Origin: Alphaproteobacteria bacterium
GTDB taxonomy: Bacteria; Pseudomonadota; Alphaproteobacteria; MPNO01
Assembly (NCBI GenBank): GCA_965205995.1
Contig: OZ242200.1
Span: 19,233 to 83,232 of the forward strand
Direction: 5' to 3'
DNA length: 64,000 nt
In this document: positions 9,880 to 17,698 of the stretch, piece after piece
How the letters are laid out: every line of letters begins with the position of its first letter
How positions within the stretch are numbered: position 1 is the stretch's first letter
The notes under the pieces: generated by a model
Told to the model about the DNA's origin: nothing
The model's database searches: none
The model's input: only the letters and a program-made list of their open reading frames with translations
Position numbers and translations under genes: made by a program

Positions 9880-10677
9880 ATGCTGAAAATCGTCCTGATC
9901 GGCCGCGGCGCGATCGCCACCGAGGTGCTGGTACATATCCGGCCCGGCGCCGGGGTGAGCGTCACCGGCGCGATCGTCCGTCCCGGCCGGGTGGCCGACG
10001 CCCGTGCCGCCCTGCCGCCGGCGATCGAGGTGGCGAGCGCCATCGGCGATCTCGCGACCGCGCCCGACCTGATCGCCGAATGCGCCGGGCACGCGGCGGT
10101 TGCCGAATACGGCGAGGAGGCGCTGAGGCGCGGCATCGACTTTCTGGCGATTTCCATCGGCGCGCTCGCCGATGCGGATCTCCGCCGCCGGCTGGAGGCC
10201 GCGGCCGCGGCGGGCGGGGGCAAGCTGATCCTGCCCGCCGGCGCGGTCGCCGGCGCCGATGCCCTGGCGGCGGCGCGAATCGGCGGGCTGGAGCGCGTCG
10301 TCTACACCTCGCGCAAGCCGCCGGCGGCGTGGCGCGGAACCCCGGCCGAGGCGGCGCACGACCTCGACGCGCTTGTCGAGGCGACCGTGCTGTTCGAGGG
10401 CCCGGCGGATGCGGCGGCCACGCTCTACCCGCAGAACGCCAACGTGGCCGCCACCATCGCGCTCGCCGGCGCCGGGTTCGACCGCACCGAGGTCCGGCTG
10501 GTCGCCGACCCGGCGGCCGGCGGCAATATCCACACCGTCCGCGCCGAGGGGGCGTTCGGCGCCTTCGACATCGAAATCCGCGGCAAGCCGCTCCCCGACA
10601 ACCCGAAGACCTCGACGCTCGCCGCCCACAGCGTGGTCGCCGAGATCCTGCGCCGCGCCGCCGCAATGGAGATCTAG
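9880..10677 (+). CDS. aspartate dehydrogenase family protein (NadX-like)
   Basis: 265 aa; N-terminal Rossmann IGRGAIA, length and C-terminal region typical of L-aspartate dehydrogenase domain proteins. Confidence 0.65.
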   Translation: MLKIVLIGRGAIATEVLVHIRPGAGVSVTGAIVRPGRVADARAALPPAIEVASAIGDLATAPDLIAECAGHAAVAEYGEEALRRGIDFLAISIGALADADLRRRLEAAAAAGGGKLILPAGAVAGADALAAARIGGLERVVYTSRKPPAAWRGTPAEAAHDLDALVEATVLFEGPADAAATLYPQNANVAATIALAGAGFDRTEVRLVADPAAGGNIHTVRAEGAFGAFDIEIRGKPLPDNPKTSTLAAHSVVAEILRRAAAMEI

Positions 10678-10696
10678 CCGGCCGGTTCGGCCGCCC

Positions 10697-10796
10697 GCCC
10701 TTCGATACGCCCGCTGCGCGGGCTACTCAGGATGAGGGGAATCAAATGTCCTCATCCCGTGTAGCCCCGGACTTGATCCGGGGCGTATCGAGGGAC
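10697..10796. repeat. palindromic intergenic repeat element, copy A (full length, inverted orientation relative to copies C/E)
   Basis: GCCCTTCGATACGCC...GGGCTACTCAGGATGAGGGG-loop-CCTCATCCCGTGTAGCCCCGGACTTGATCCGG...GGCGTATCGAGGGAC; imperfect hairpin with terminal inverted arms; family recurs through window. Confidence 0.8.
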
Positions 10797-10991
10797 TGCC
10801 CCCACCCGGCATTTCGACCGAAGTGCCGCGGGCACGGGCGGGTCCTGCGATCCGCCGATGACGGGTGCGGCTTCGTCTTGCTCGTCCTGCGGGAATAAAT
10901 TGAATTATAAACCGCCCTCAAGTAGAAGACATGCGCTACAGCGCAACCGTGACATGGCCGCATTCCGGTCCAATCGAAGGAGCAGGACAAG

Positions 10992-11714
10992 ATGAACTAT
11001 CGACGTTGGACAGCGGCCGCCGCGGTGAGCGCCGCAATCGTTTCCTTCAGCGGCGCCGGGATGGCCCAGAACCGCGACGGCGGGTTCTATGCGTCGCTGA
11101 CCGGGCTCCTTGTGATCCCGCGGGATTCCGAGTCTTCGGGCAAGAGGGAGGTGCGCGGCGCCAGGCGCGACGTCAGCGTGGAGCTCATGGCAAAAAGCGG
11201 TTTCGGGGTGCTCGCCGCCGCCGGTTACGAGATGTCGTCCAGATTGCGGGCCGAGCTCGAACTGGGCTATCGCGGATACGAATTCGACAAGGCGAAGGTA
11301 AAGGTCGACCCGCCCATAGTGCCCGTTCGAGACAAGGGGCACTGGGTGGACGGACCCGTAGACGGGGACTTCAGTACGTTGAGTGTGATGGCGAATGGCA
11401 TCTACAGCTTCCGGCGGGGCAAGCTCCGCCCCTATGCCGGGCTTGGCGTGGGGTTGGCGCGGCACACCTTGAATCTCGAACGGATAACCTACGAGATAAA
11501 CGGCAGGACAGTCTTGGGGCCGTCCGGTGGCCCGGAAGAAGATTCGACGGTGCTCGCCTACCAGGCCATGGCGGGAATAGGCTATGCGCTGTCCGACAAT
11601 GCGGAGGTCCGACTGGGATACCGCTACTTCGCGACCGGAAAGGCCGATTTCAACGGCGATGAATTCTCCTACGGCACCCACAACTTCGAGATCGGGCTGC
11701 TCTACCGGTTCTGA
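10992..11714 (+). CDS. outer membrane beta-barrel protein, Omp25/Omp31/OmpA-like transmembrane domain family
   Basis: 240 aa; signal peptide ending AGMAQ, alternating amphipathic beta strands, C-terminal GLLYRF; AAGGAG RBS. Confidence 0.8.
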   Translation: MNYRRWTAAAAVSAAIVSFSGAGMAQNRDGGFYASLTGLLVIPRDSESSGKREVRGARRDVSVELMAKSGFGVLAAAGYEMSSRLRAELELGYRGYEFDKAKVKVDPPIVPVRDKGHWVDGPVDGDFSTLSVMANGIYSFRRGKLRPYAGLGVGLARHTLNLERITYEINGRTVLGPSGGPEEDSTVLAYQAMAGIGYALSDNAEVRLGYRYFATGKADFNGDEFSYGTHNFEIGLLYRF

Positions 11715-11718
11715 CCGC

Positions 11719-11779
11719 CGCCCTTCGACACGCGGCGAAGCCTGTCCCGAGCGGCGCCGAGGGGGCCGTATCGAGGGAT
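11719..11779. repeat. palindromic repeat element, short copy B (terminal arms only)
   Basis: GCCCTTCGACACGCGG...CCGTATCGAGGGAT, followed by CCCCCACCCGGCATTTCGACC module. Confidence 0.6.
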
Positions 11780-12002
11780 GGCCCCCACCCGGCATTTCGA
11801 CCGCTCCGCCGTGCCCTGCACGGCTGGCCACCCCCCGCGGCATAACGCCGCGTCGCCGCAAAGAGTGACGCCAAGCCCCGCCGACAGCCGGTAATATATG
11901 TCTTCCCGGGATCGTCCCCGGGGACAGGCAGGACATGTTGGCGCTTGGCGGCCGGATCGGCATTCTCGCCGGATCCATCGCAACCTCAAGGAGAAACCGG
12001 AG

Positions 12003-12704
12003 ATGGACATTCGACGCTGGGCGGTCGTCGCTGCGACGGCCGCGGCAATCGTCTGCCTCGGCGGTACCGGGATGGCCCAGGACCGCGAAGGCGGTTTCTA
12101 TGCGTCGATGACGGGGCTGTTGTCCCTGCCGCGGGATACCCAAAGGAAAGAGGAGCTCGACGGTCACGCCCTGACCCATGGCTATTCCATGAAGAACGGC
12201 ATGGCGTTCGTCGTCGCCGGCGGCTACATCCTGCCCTCCGGGCTGCGGACCGAGCTCGAGCTGGGCTTTCGCCGCACCGAATTCGACAAGGTGCGGAAGA
12301 TCGAAATCCGCGGCCCCGACCGCAACGTGGTGGCCCACGGGGCTCTTCCCATCGACGGGCGGTTCACCACCTTCAGCGTCATGGGCAACGCCACATACGG
12401 CACCGAGCTGGGGAGGTTCCGCCCCTATGTCGGGGGCGGCGTGGGATTGGCGCGGCACCAGGCGAAGATCGACTCGATAGCCTACGAAGCCGGCAGCGAT
12501 CTGCCCGCCGCGTCGATCGGTTTCTCGGAAAATGCGACGGTGTTCGCCTTTCAACTCATGGCGGGGATCGGCTATCCGCTTTCCGAGCAGGCGGAGATGT
12601 GGCTGGGCTATCGCTACTTCGAGACCGCGGACGCCGACTTCCGGGTCAGCGAAATGACCTTCAGCACCCACAATTTCGAGCTCGGGCTGCTCTACAAGTT
12701 CTGA
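12003..12704 (+). CDS. outer membrane beta-barrel protein, Omp25/Omp31-like (tandem paralog)
   Basis: 233 aa; MDIRRWAVVAATAAAIVCLGGTGMAQ signal peptide, same architecture and C-terminal GLLYKF; ORF-track upstream extension rejected in favour of ATG with AAGGAGA RBS. Confidence 0.8.
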   Translation: MDIRRWAVVAATAAAIVCLGGTGMAQDREGGFYASMTGLLSLPRDTQRKEELDGHALTHGYSMKNGMAFVVAGGYILPSGLRTELELGFRRTEFDKVRKIEIRGPDRNVVAHGALPIDGRFTTFSVMGNATYGTELGRFRPYVGGGVGLARHQAKIDSIAYEAGSDLPAASIGFSENATVFAFQLMAGIGYPLSEQAEMWLGYRYFETADADFRVSEMTFSTHNFELGLLYKF

Positions 12705-12713
12705 CCGCGCCGC

Positions 12714-12821
12714 GCCCTTCGATACGCCCCGGATCAAGTCCGGGGCTACCCAGGGTGAGGGTGGGGCGGCCAAAAAAATCCCCCTCATCCCGAGTAGGCC
12801 CGCAGGGCCGTATCGAGGGAC
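12714..12821. repeat. palindromic intergenic repeat element, copy C (full length)
   Basis: GCCCTTCGATACGCCCCGGATCAAGTCCGGGGCTACCCAGGGTGAGGG-loop-CCCTCATCCCGAGTAGGCCCGCAGGGCCGTATCGAGGGAC between convergent OMP and DMT genes. Confidence 0.8.
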
Positions 12822-12831
12822 GCCGCTTGCC

Positions 12832-13689
12832 TCAGCGCCGCGCGATGTAGAGCGCGCTGGCGACGATCGTCACCGCGCCGACCCCGGTCCAGACCGACGG
12901 TATCTCGGCGAACATGTAGAAGCCGATCAGGGCGGCGTAGATCAGCCGCAGGTACTCGAACGGCCCGACGAAGCTCGCCTCGCCGACGCAGAAGCCCTGG
13001 ACGAAGCAGACCATCCCGGCGCAGGTCAGCGCGCCGATCAGTGCCAGCAGCGCGAACTGCCCGGCATCGGGCGGCTGCCAGAGCGCGATGCTCGGCCCGG
13101 CGAACATCGCGATCCCGAAGACGTGGTAGTAGAACAGGATGCGGATCGCGGGCTCGGTGGTCGACAGGCGGCGGATGAAGATGATGCCGAGCGCGAACAG
13201 CACTGCCGCCGCCAGCGCGACCGCCCAGGCGATATCGAACGCCACCCCGCCCGGGCGCACCATCACCAGCACGCCGACGAAGCCGAAAGCGGTCGCCGCC
13301 CATCTTTGCCAGCGCACCGCCTCGCCGAGGATCAGCACCGCGAGCAAGGTGAGGAAGAGCGGGCGGCTGAAGGCGACCGCGGTCGCATCGGCGAGGAACA
13401 GATGGATCACCCCGTAATAGACCGCCGCCTGGCCGACCCCGGCGATCATCGCGCGCGCGAAATGGGTGCCGAGCCGCCTCGTGCGCCAGGTCTCGCGCCC
13501 CGCCTTCACGAACCAGGGCATCAACAGGACCATGCCGATGGCGTAGCGGAACAGCGCCATCTGGATCGGGTGGAAATCGGTGCCGAGCGTCTTCACCACC
13601 GCGTCGTTGGCCGACAGGAACAGCGAGCCCACGAGGACCCACACCGCGCCCTGCGCGTTGCCCGGCAAGGCGAGTATCCGCCCGATCAT
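12832..13689 (-). CDS. DMT family transporter (EamA/RhaT-like)
   Basis: 285 aa; 10 predicted TM helices, two EamA-like halves. Confidence 0.8.
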   Translation of the reverse strand: MIGRILALPGNAQGAVWVLVGSLFLSANDAVVKTLGTDFHPIQMALFRYAIGMVLLMPWFVKAGRETWRTRRLGTHFARAMIAGVGQAAVYYGVIHLFLADATAVAFSRPLFLTLLAVLILGEAVRWQRWAATAFGFVGVLVMVRPGGVAFDIAWAVALAAAVLFALGIIFIRRLSTTEPAIRILFYYHVFGIAMFAGPSIALWQPPDAGQFALLALIGALTCAGMVCFVQGFCVGEASFVGPFEYLRLIYAALIGFYMFAEIPSVWTGVGAVTIVASALYIARR

Positions 13690-14555
13690 GCGGCGCCCGG
13701 CGCGCGGCGCCGCGATTCGGCGCGCATTTGCTGGGCCGAGGCCGCGAAGATCACCGCCGCGCCGAGCCAGGTCCAGAGATCCAGCGCCTCGGCGAAGGCG
13801 AACCAGGCGAGCAGCGCGGTCAGCGGCAGCCGCGCGAAGTCGAAGGGGAAGACCGAAATCGCCTCCGCCGCGCGGTAGCTGTTGGTCATCGCGAACTGGC
13901 CGGCATTGGCGACCAGCGCGGTGACCGCCAGCCAGCCGAGCTGTTCGAGCGTCGGCGTCTGCCAGACGAACAGCGCCATCGCGAAGCTGACCGGCACGGT
14001 ATAGGCGATCATGTAGAACACGATGCGCTCGGTCGGCTCGGTCGCCGACAGCCGCTTCACCAGCACCCAGATCACCGCCATGCCGAGGGCGGCGGCGAGC
14101 GGCATCGAGAACTGCCAGTCAACGTCCTTGAAGCCCGGGCGCAGGATGACCAGCACGCCGAGGAAGCCGACGGCGAGCACCGCCGCGCGGCGCAGATCGA
14201 CCGCCTCGCCGAGGAACAGCATCGCCAGCATCGCGCCGAACAGCGGCGCGGTGAAGGTGAGCGAGACCGCGTCGGCGAGCGGCAGGAAGGCGACCGCGAG
14301 GAAGAACGCGGCCTGGGCCACCGCCGAGGCCATGCCACGGCCGAGGAACAGCCCGTGGCGCTCTGTCCGCAACCCCGCCGTGCCGCGCCTGAGGACGAAG
14401 GGGAGGAGCAGCGCCATGCCGATGATGCTGCGGTAGAACGAGGTCATCAGCGGGTGGAAGCCAATCTCCGCGAGATGGCGGATGCAGGCGGTCATGGCGG
14501 AGAAGAAGGCGGCGGCGAGCAGCATCCAGAGCGCGCCGCGCAGCGCCCCCGGCAT
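13686..14555 (-). CDS. DMT family transporter (EamA-like), tandem paralog 2
   Basis: ORF 13686..14681; start trimmed to Met43 (MPGALRGALWMLL...) giving ~290 aa; 4-nt overlap with downstream paralog. Confidence 0.7.
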   Translation of the reverse strand: MPGALRGALWMLLAAAFFSAMTACIRHLAEIGFHPLMTSFYRSIIGMALLLPFVLRRGTAGLRTERHGLFLGRGMASAVAQAAFFLAVAFLPLADAVSLTFTAPLFGAMLAMLFLGEAVDLRRAAVLAVGFLGVLVILRPGFKDVDWQFSMPLAAALGMAVIWVLVKRLSATEPTERIVFYMIAYTVPVSFAMALFVWQTPTLEQLGWLAVTALVANAGQFAMTNSYRAAEAISVFPFDFARLPLTALLAWFAFAEALDLWTWLGAAVIFAASAQQMRAESRRRAPGAA

Positions 14556-14586
14556 GCGGTCGAACAGATCCCGCAACGCAAGGGCC

Positions 14587-15531
14587 TTACCGGTCACGGC
14601 GCCGCTCGGCCGCCGATTCGCCCCGCGCCAGCAGGATCGAGGATACGCAGATCGCCCCGGCCCCGGCCCACACCCAGACATCCGGGATCTCGGCGAAGAA
14701 CAGGTAGCCTATCAGGGCGGCGATCGGCAGACGGATATAGTCGAACGAAACCACGACGGAGGCATCCGCGGCATGGAAGGCGCGGGCAAGGCAGCGCTGG
14801 CTGAAGGTGCCGAACACGCCGATCGCGACCAGATAGGGAAGGTGGTCGAGGCGCGGCCATTGCCAGACCGCGACCGCCGGCCCGGCGGAGAACAGCAACA
14901 GGAACAGCACCATGTACATCGCCATGGAGTCGGGCGAATCGTAACGCACGATATAGCGCGCCAGGATCGCATGCGTTGCCCCCACCAGCACCACCCCGAG
15001 GGCCAGGAAGACGCCCGGATTGAGCTCCGTGAAGCCGGGGCGGATGATGATCGTTGCGCCGACGATGCCGACCGCGATGGCGATCCAGCGCCTGGCCCGC
15101 GACTTCTCGCCGAGGATCACGATGGCGAGCAGGGTCGCCACCACCGGCCGGATGAAGGTGATCGCCGTGATATCGGCGATCGGCAGCAGGGTGACCGCGT
15201 AGAAGACGCAGAGCAGCCCGGCATAGCTGAGCGCGGTGCGCAGCACGTGGAAGTGGAGCTTGCGGGTCGCCATCGCCGCCACGCCGCGCCGCGCGAGCCA
15301 GGGGGCCATGGCGAGGAGGCCGAAGGCGGCGCGCCAGAAGACCACCAGAAGCACGTGGAGCTCGTCGGTCACCAGCCGCGACAGCGCCATCATCAGCAGG
15401 AAAAGCGTGCCCGCGGAGCTGAGCCAGAACGCGGCGCGCACGGCGCCCGGAAGGCCATGGAAGGAGGCGACGCGGCCGGCAAAATTCAAATCGGTCTTCC
15501 GTCTTGCGGCGAGGGCCCGGGACCCTACCAT
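14587..15531 (-). CDS. DMT family transporter (EamA-like), tandem paralog 3
   Basis: ORF 14587..15834 trimmed to Met102 (MVGSRALAARRK...), ~314 aa; N-terminal 100 aa of ORF is low-complexity and rejected. Confidence 0.65.
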   Translation of the reverse strand: MVGSRALAARRKTDLNFAGRVASFHGLPGAVRAAFWLSSAGTLFLLMMALSRLVTDELHVLLVVFWRAAFGLLAMAPWLARRGVAAMATRKLHFHVLRTALSYAGLLCVFYAVTLLPIADITAITFIRPVVATLLAIVILGEKSRARRWIAIAVGIVGATIIIRPGFTELNPGVFLALGVVLVGATHAILARYIVRYDSPDSMAMYMVLFLLLFSAGPAVAVWQWPRLDHLPYLVAIGVFGTFSQRCLARAFHAADASVVVSFDYIRLPIAALIGYLFFAEIPDVWVWAGAGAICVSSILLARGESAAERRRDR

Positions 15532-15540
15532 GCGGGCGGC

Positions 15541-16374
15541 ATGGCGGGGATGCGCGGGATGGCGGCTGAAAGCGGCGTTGCCGGCAAGACGGTCTGGATC
15601 ACCGGCGCCTCGGGCGGGCTCGGCGAGGCGCTGGCCTACGCCTTCGGCGCGGCCGGGGCGCGGCTGATCCTGTCGGCCCGGCGCGACGGCGAGCTCGCCC
15701 GGGTGGCTGGTGCGGTCGCCGATGCGGGCGGCATCGCGCGGGCGCTGAAGATGGACCTCGCCGATCCCGATTCGATCGCCGCGGCGGCGGCCGAGGTGGC
15801 GCGCCGGGAAGGCAGGGTCGACATCCTGGTCCACAACGCCGGGCAGACCCAGCGGGCGCTGGTCGCCGATGCCGGGATCGACATCTACCGGCGTCTGTTC
15901 GAGGTCAATTTCTTCGGCCCCCTTGCGCTCACCAGGGCGGTGCTGCCGGCGCTCGCCGGAGGCGGGCGGATCGTCGCGATCTCCAGCATCGCCGCCTATT
16001 ACTCATCGCCGTACCGGTCGGGCTACAACGCCTCCAAGAAGGCGCTGCACGGGCTGTTCGACGCGTTCCGGGCGGAAGCGCATCGCGACGGAATTTCCGT
16101 GCTGCTGGTGGTGCTCGGCAGCGTCAGGACCCGGGTCTCGGTCAACGCGCTGCGCGGCGACGGCAGCCGCTACGGGCGGATGGACCCGGCGATGGCGGAA
16201 GGCATGGACCCCGCGCCGGTCGCCCGCAAAATCCTCCGGGCGACGATGGGAAGGCGCGAGGAGATCGCCATCGCGCCGCTCGGCCAGCGCTGGCTGATGT
16301 GGCGCAAGACCTGGTTCCCGCGCCGCGCCGCGCGCGCGGTCCGGCTCCGCCCGCGGGACGGCGACCGTGCTTGA
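15541..16374 (+). CDS. SDR family oxidoreductase
   Basis: C-terminal 278 aa of ORF 14482..16374: GKTVWITGASGGLGEALA, NAGQ, YxxxK (SPYRSGYNASKKAL); start ATG 15541 only ~10 nt from divergent DMT start. Confidence 0.75.
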   Translation: MAGMRGMAAESGVAGKTVWITGASGGLGEALAYAFGAAGARLILSARRDGELARVAGAVADAGGIARALKMDLADPDSIAAAAAEVARREGRVDILVHNAGQTQRALVADAGIDIYRRLFEVNFFGPLALTRAVLPALAGGGRIVAISSIAAYYSSPYRSGYNASKKALHGLFDAFRAEAHRDGISVLLVVLGSVRTRVSVNALRGDGSRYGRMDPAMAEGMDPAPVARKILRATMGRREEIAIAPLGQRWLMWRKTWFPRRAARAVRLRPRDGDRA

Positions 16375-16401
16375 CCAAGGCTTGACCAAGCGCGCCGCGA
16401 C

Positions 16402-16425
16402 GGCCCTTCGATACGCGGCTGCGCT
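16402..16425. repeat. palindromic repeat fragment D (left arm only)
   Basis: GGCCCTTCGATACGCGGCTGCGC downstream of SDR stop. Confidence 0.4.
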
Positions 16426-16503
16426 CTTTTGCCGCGGCTCCATCGCGCGACCGTCGCACGGCGCGGCGCTAGTCTCCGCCCCGGTCAACCGCGCGGAGGG
16501 ACG

Positions 16504-17565
16504 ATGGCGAGTCTCACCCGAATACCCGTGCAACTCGGCGCGGCGGCGATGCTCCTGCTGGCGGCCGCGCTGCCGGCGCAGGGGCAAACCTTCGAGGCGG
16601 CCGCGGCGGCCTACCGCGCGGGTGACTACGACACCGCCCGCCGGGGGTTCCTGGACGCTGCCGAGCGCGGCAACGCCACCGCCCAGCTCATCCTCGGGGT
16701 GATGTATGACGCGGGCAGGGGCGTTCGCCAGGACGACGCCGAGGCCGCCAAATGGTTCCGCCGCGCCGCCGAGCGGGGCAACGCCTACGCCCAGAACAAT
16801 CTCGGGCTCATGCACCGGGACGGAAGGGGCGTCGGCCAGGATATCGACGCGGCGGTGAAGTGGCTGCGCCGCTCCGCCGAGCAGGGCCACGACCGCGCCC
16901 AGAACAATCTCGCGAACCTGTACCTCACCGGGCGAGGCGCTGCCCGGGACTTCCCGGAGGCCGCCAGATGGTTCCGCCGCGCCGCCGAGCAGGGCTTTGT
17001 CCACGCCCAGTACAATCTGGCCGTCATGTACGACCACGGCGACGGTGTCCGGCGCGATCCCGCCGAGGCCGCGAAGTGGCTGCGCCGCGCTGCCGGGCAG
17101 GGCCACGCCCAGGCGCCTTTCAATCTTGGCAACATGTACTGGAAAGGCGATGGCGTCCGACCGGATTCCGCCGAGGCCGTCAAGTGGTACCGGCTCGGCG
17201 CCGAGCGGGGCGACGCCAAGGCGCAGATCGCCCTCGCCAATTTGTACCGCGTCGGCGAGGGGGTGGGCGAAGATCTTGCCGAGGCCGCGAACTGGTATCG
17301 CCGCGCCGCCGAGCAGGGCGAACACAGGGCCCAAATCGTGATCGCGTTCATGTACGAGACCGCGAGAGGGGTCCGCCGGAACCTGGTCGAGGCGCACAAA
17401 TGGTACACGCTCGCGCTCACCCGGGCGGATGCCCTGGATCGGGAGATGCGCGGTTTCGCCCTGGAAGGGCGGGTCCGGGTGGAGAAGCATATGCGGGCCG
17501 CCGAACTCGACCGGGCCCGGCAGCTGGCGCGGGAGTGGCGGGTCCGCAGGAACGGGGCACGGTAG
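16504..17565 (+). CDS. Sel1-repeat (TPR-like) protein with signal peptide
   Basis: ~8 consecutive ~36-aa Sel1 repeats (AQxxLGxMYxxGxGVxxDxxEAxKWxRRAAEQG); N-terminal hydrophobic signal AAMLLLAAALPAQGQ. Confidence 0.8.
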   Translation: MASLTRIPVQLGAAAMLLLAAALPAQGQTFEAAAAAYRAGDYDTARRGFLDAAERGNATAQLILGVMYDAGRGVRQDDAEAAKWFRRAAERGNAYAQNNLGLMHRDGRGVGQDIDAAVKWLRRSAEQGHDRAQNNLANLYLTGRGAARDFPEAARWFRRAAEQGFVHAQYNLAVMYDHGDGVRRDPAEAAKWLRRAAGQGHAQAPFNLGNMYWKGDGVRPDSAEAVKWYRLGAERGDAKAQIALANLYRVGEGVGEDLAEAANWYRRAAEQGEHRAQIVIAFMYETARGVRRNLVEAHKWYTLALTRADALDREMRGFALEGRVRVEKHMRAAELDRARQLAREWRVRRNGAR

Positions 17566-17591
17566 CCGGGCGCCGGTCTCCGCGCCTGCCG

Positions 17592-17692
17592 GCCCTTCGA
17601 TACGCCCCGGATCAAGTCCGGGGCTACTCAGGGCGAGGGAATTTCTTTGGCCTCATCCCGAGTAGGTCTCGAAGGGACCGTATCGAGGAACC
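17592..17692. repeat. palindromic intergenic repeat element, copy E (full length)
   Basis: GCCCTTCGATACGCCCCGGATCAAGTCCGGGGCTACTCAGGGCGAGGG-loop-CCTCATCCCGAGTAGGTCTCGAAGGGACCGTATCGAGGAAC between convergent Sel1 and hydrolase genes. Confidence 0.8.
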
Positions 17693-17698
17693 CGCCGG

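Noticed and set aside
16504-17565. DNA-level tandem repeats within the Sel1 gene as a non-coding repeat array
   Set aside because: The periodicity is the approximately 108-nt Sel1 coding repeat, in frame and diverged at the DNA level.
10697-17692. CRISPR array interpretation of the recurring palindromic repeats
   Set aside because: Copies are about 100 bp, internally palindromic, irregularly spaced by whole genes (1-30 kb), in both orientations, and there are no cas genes. This is consistent with REP/MITE-like elements, not CRISPR.
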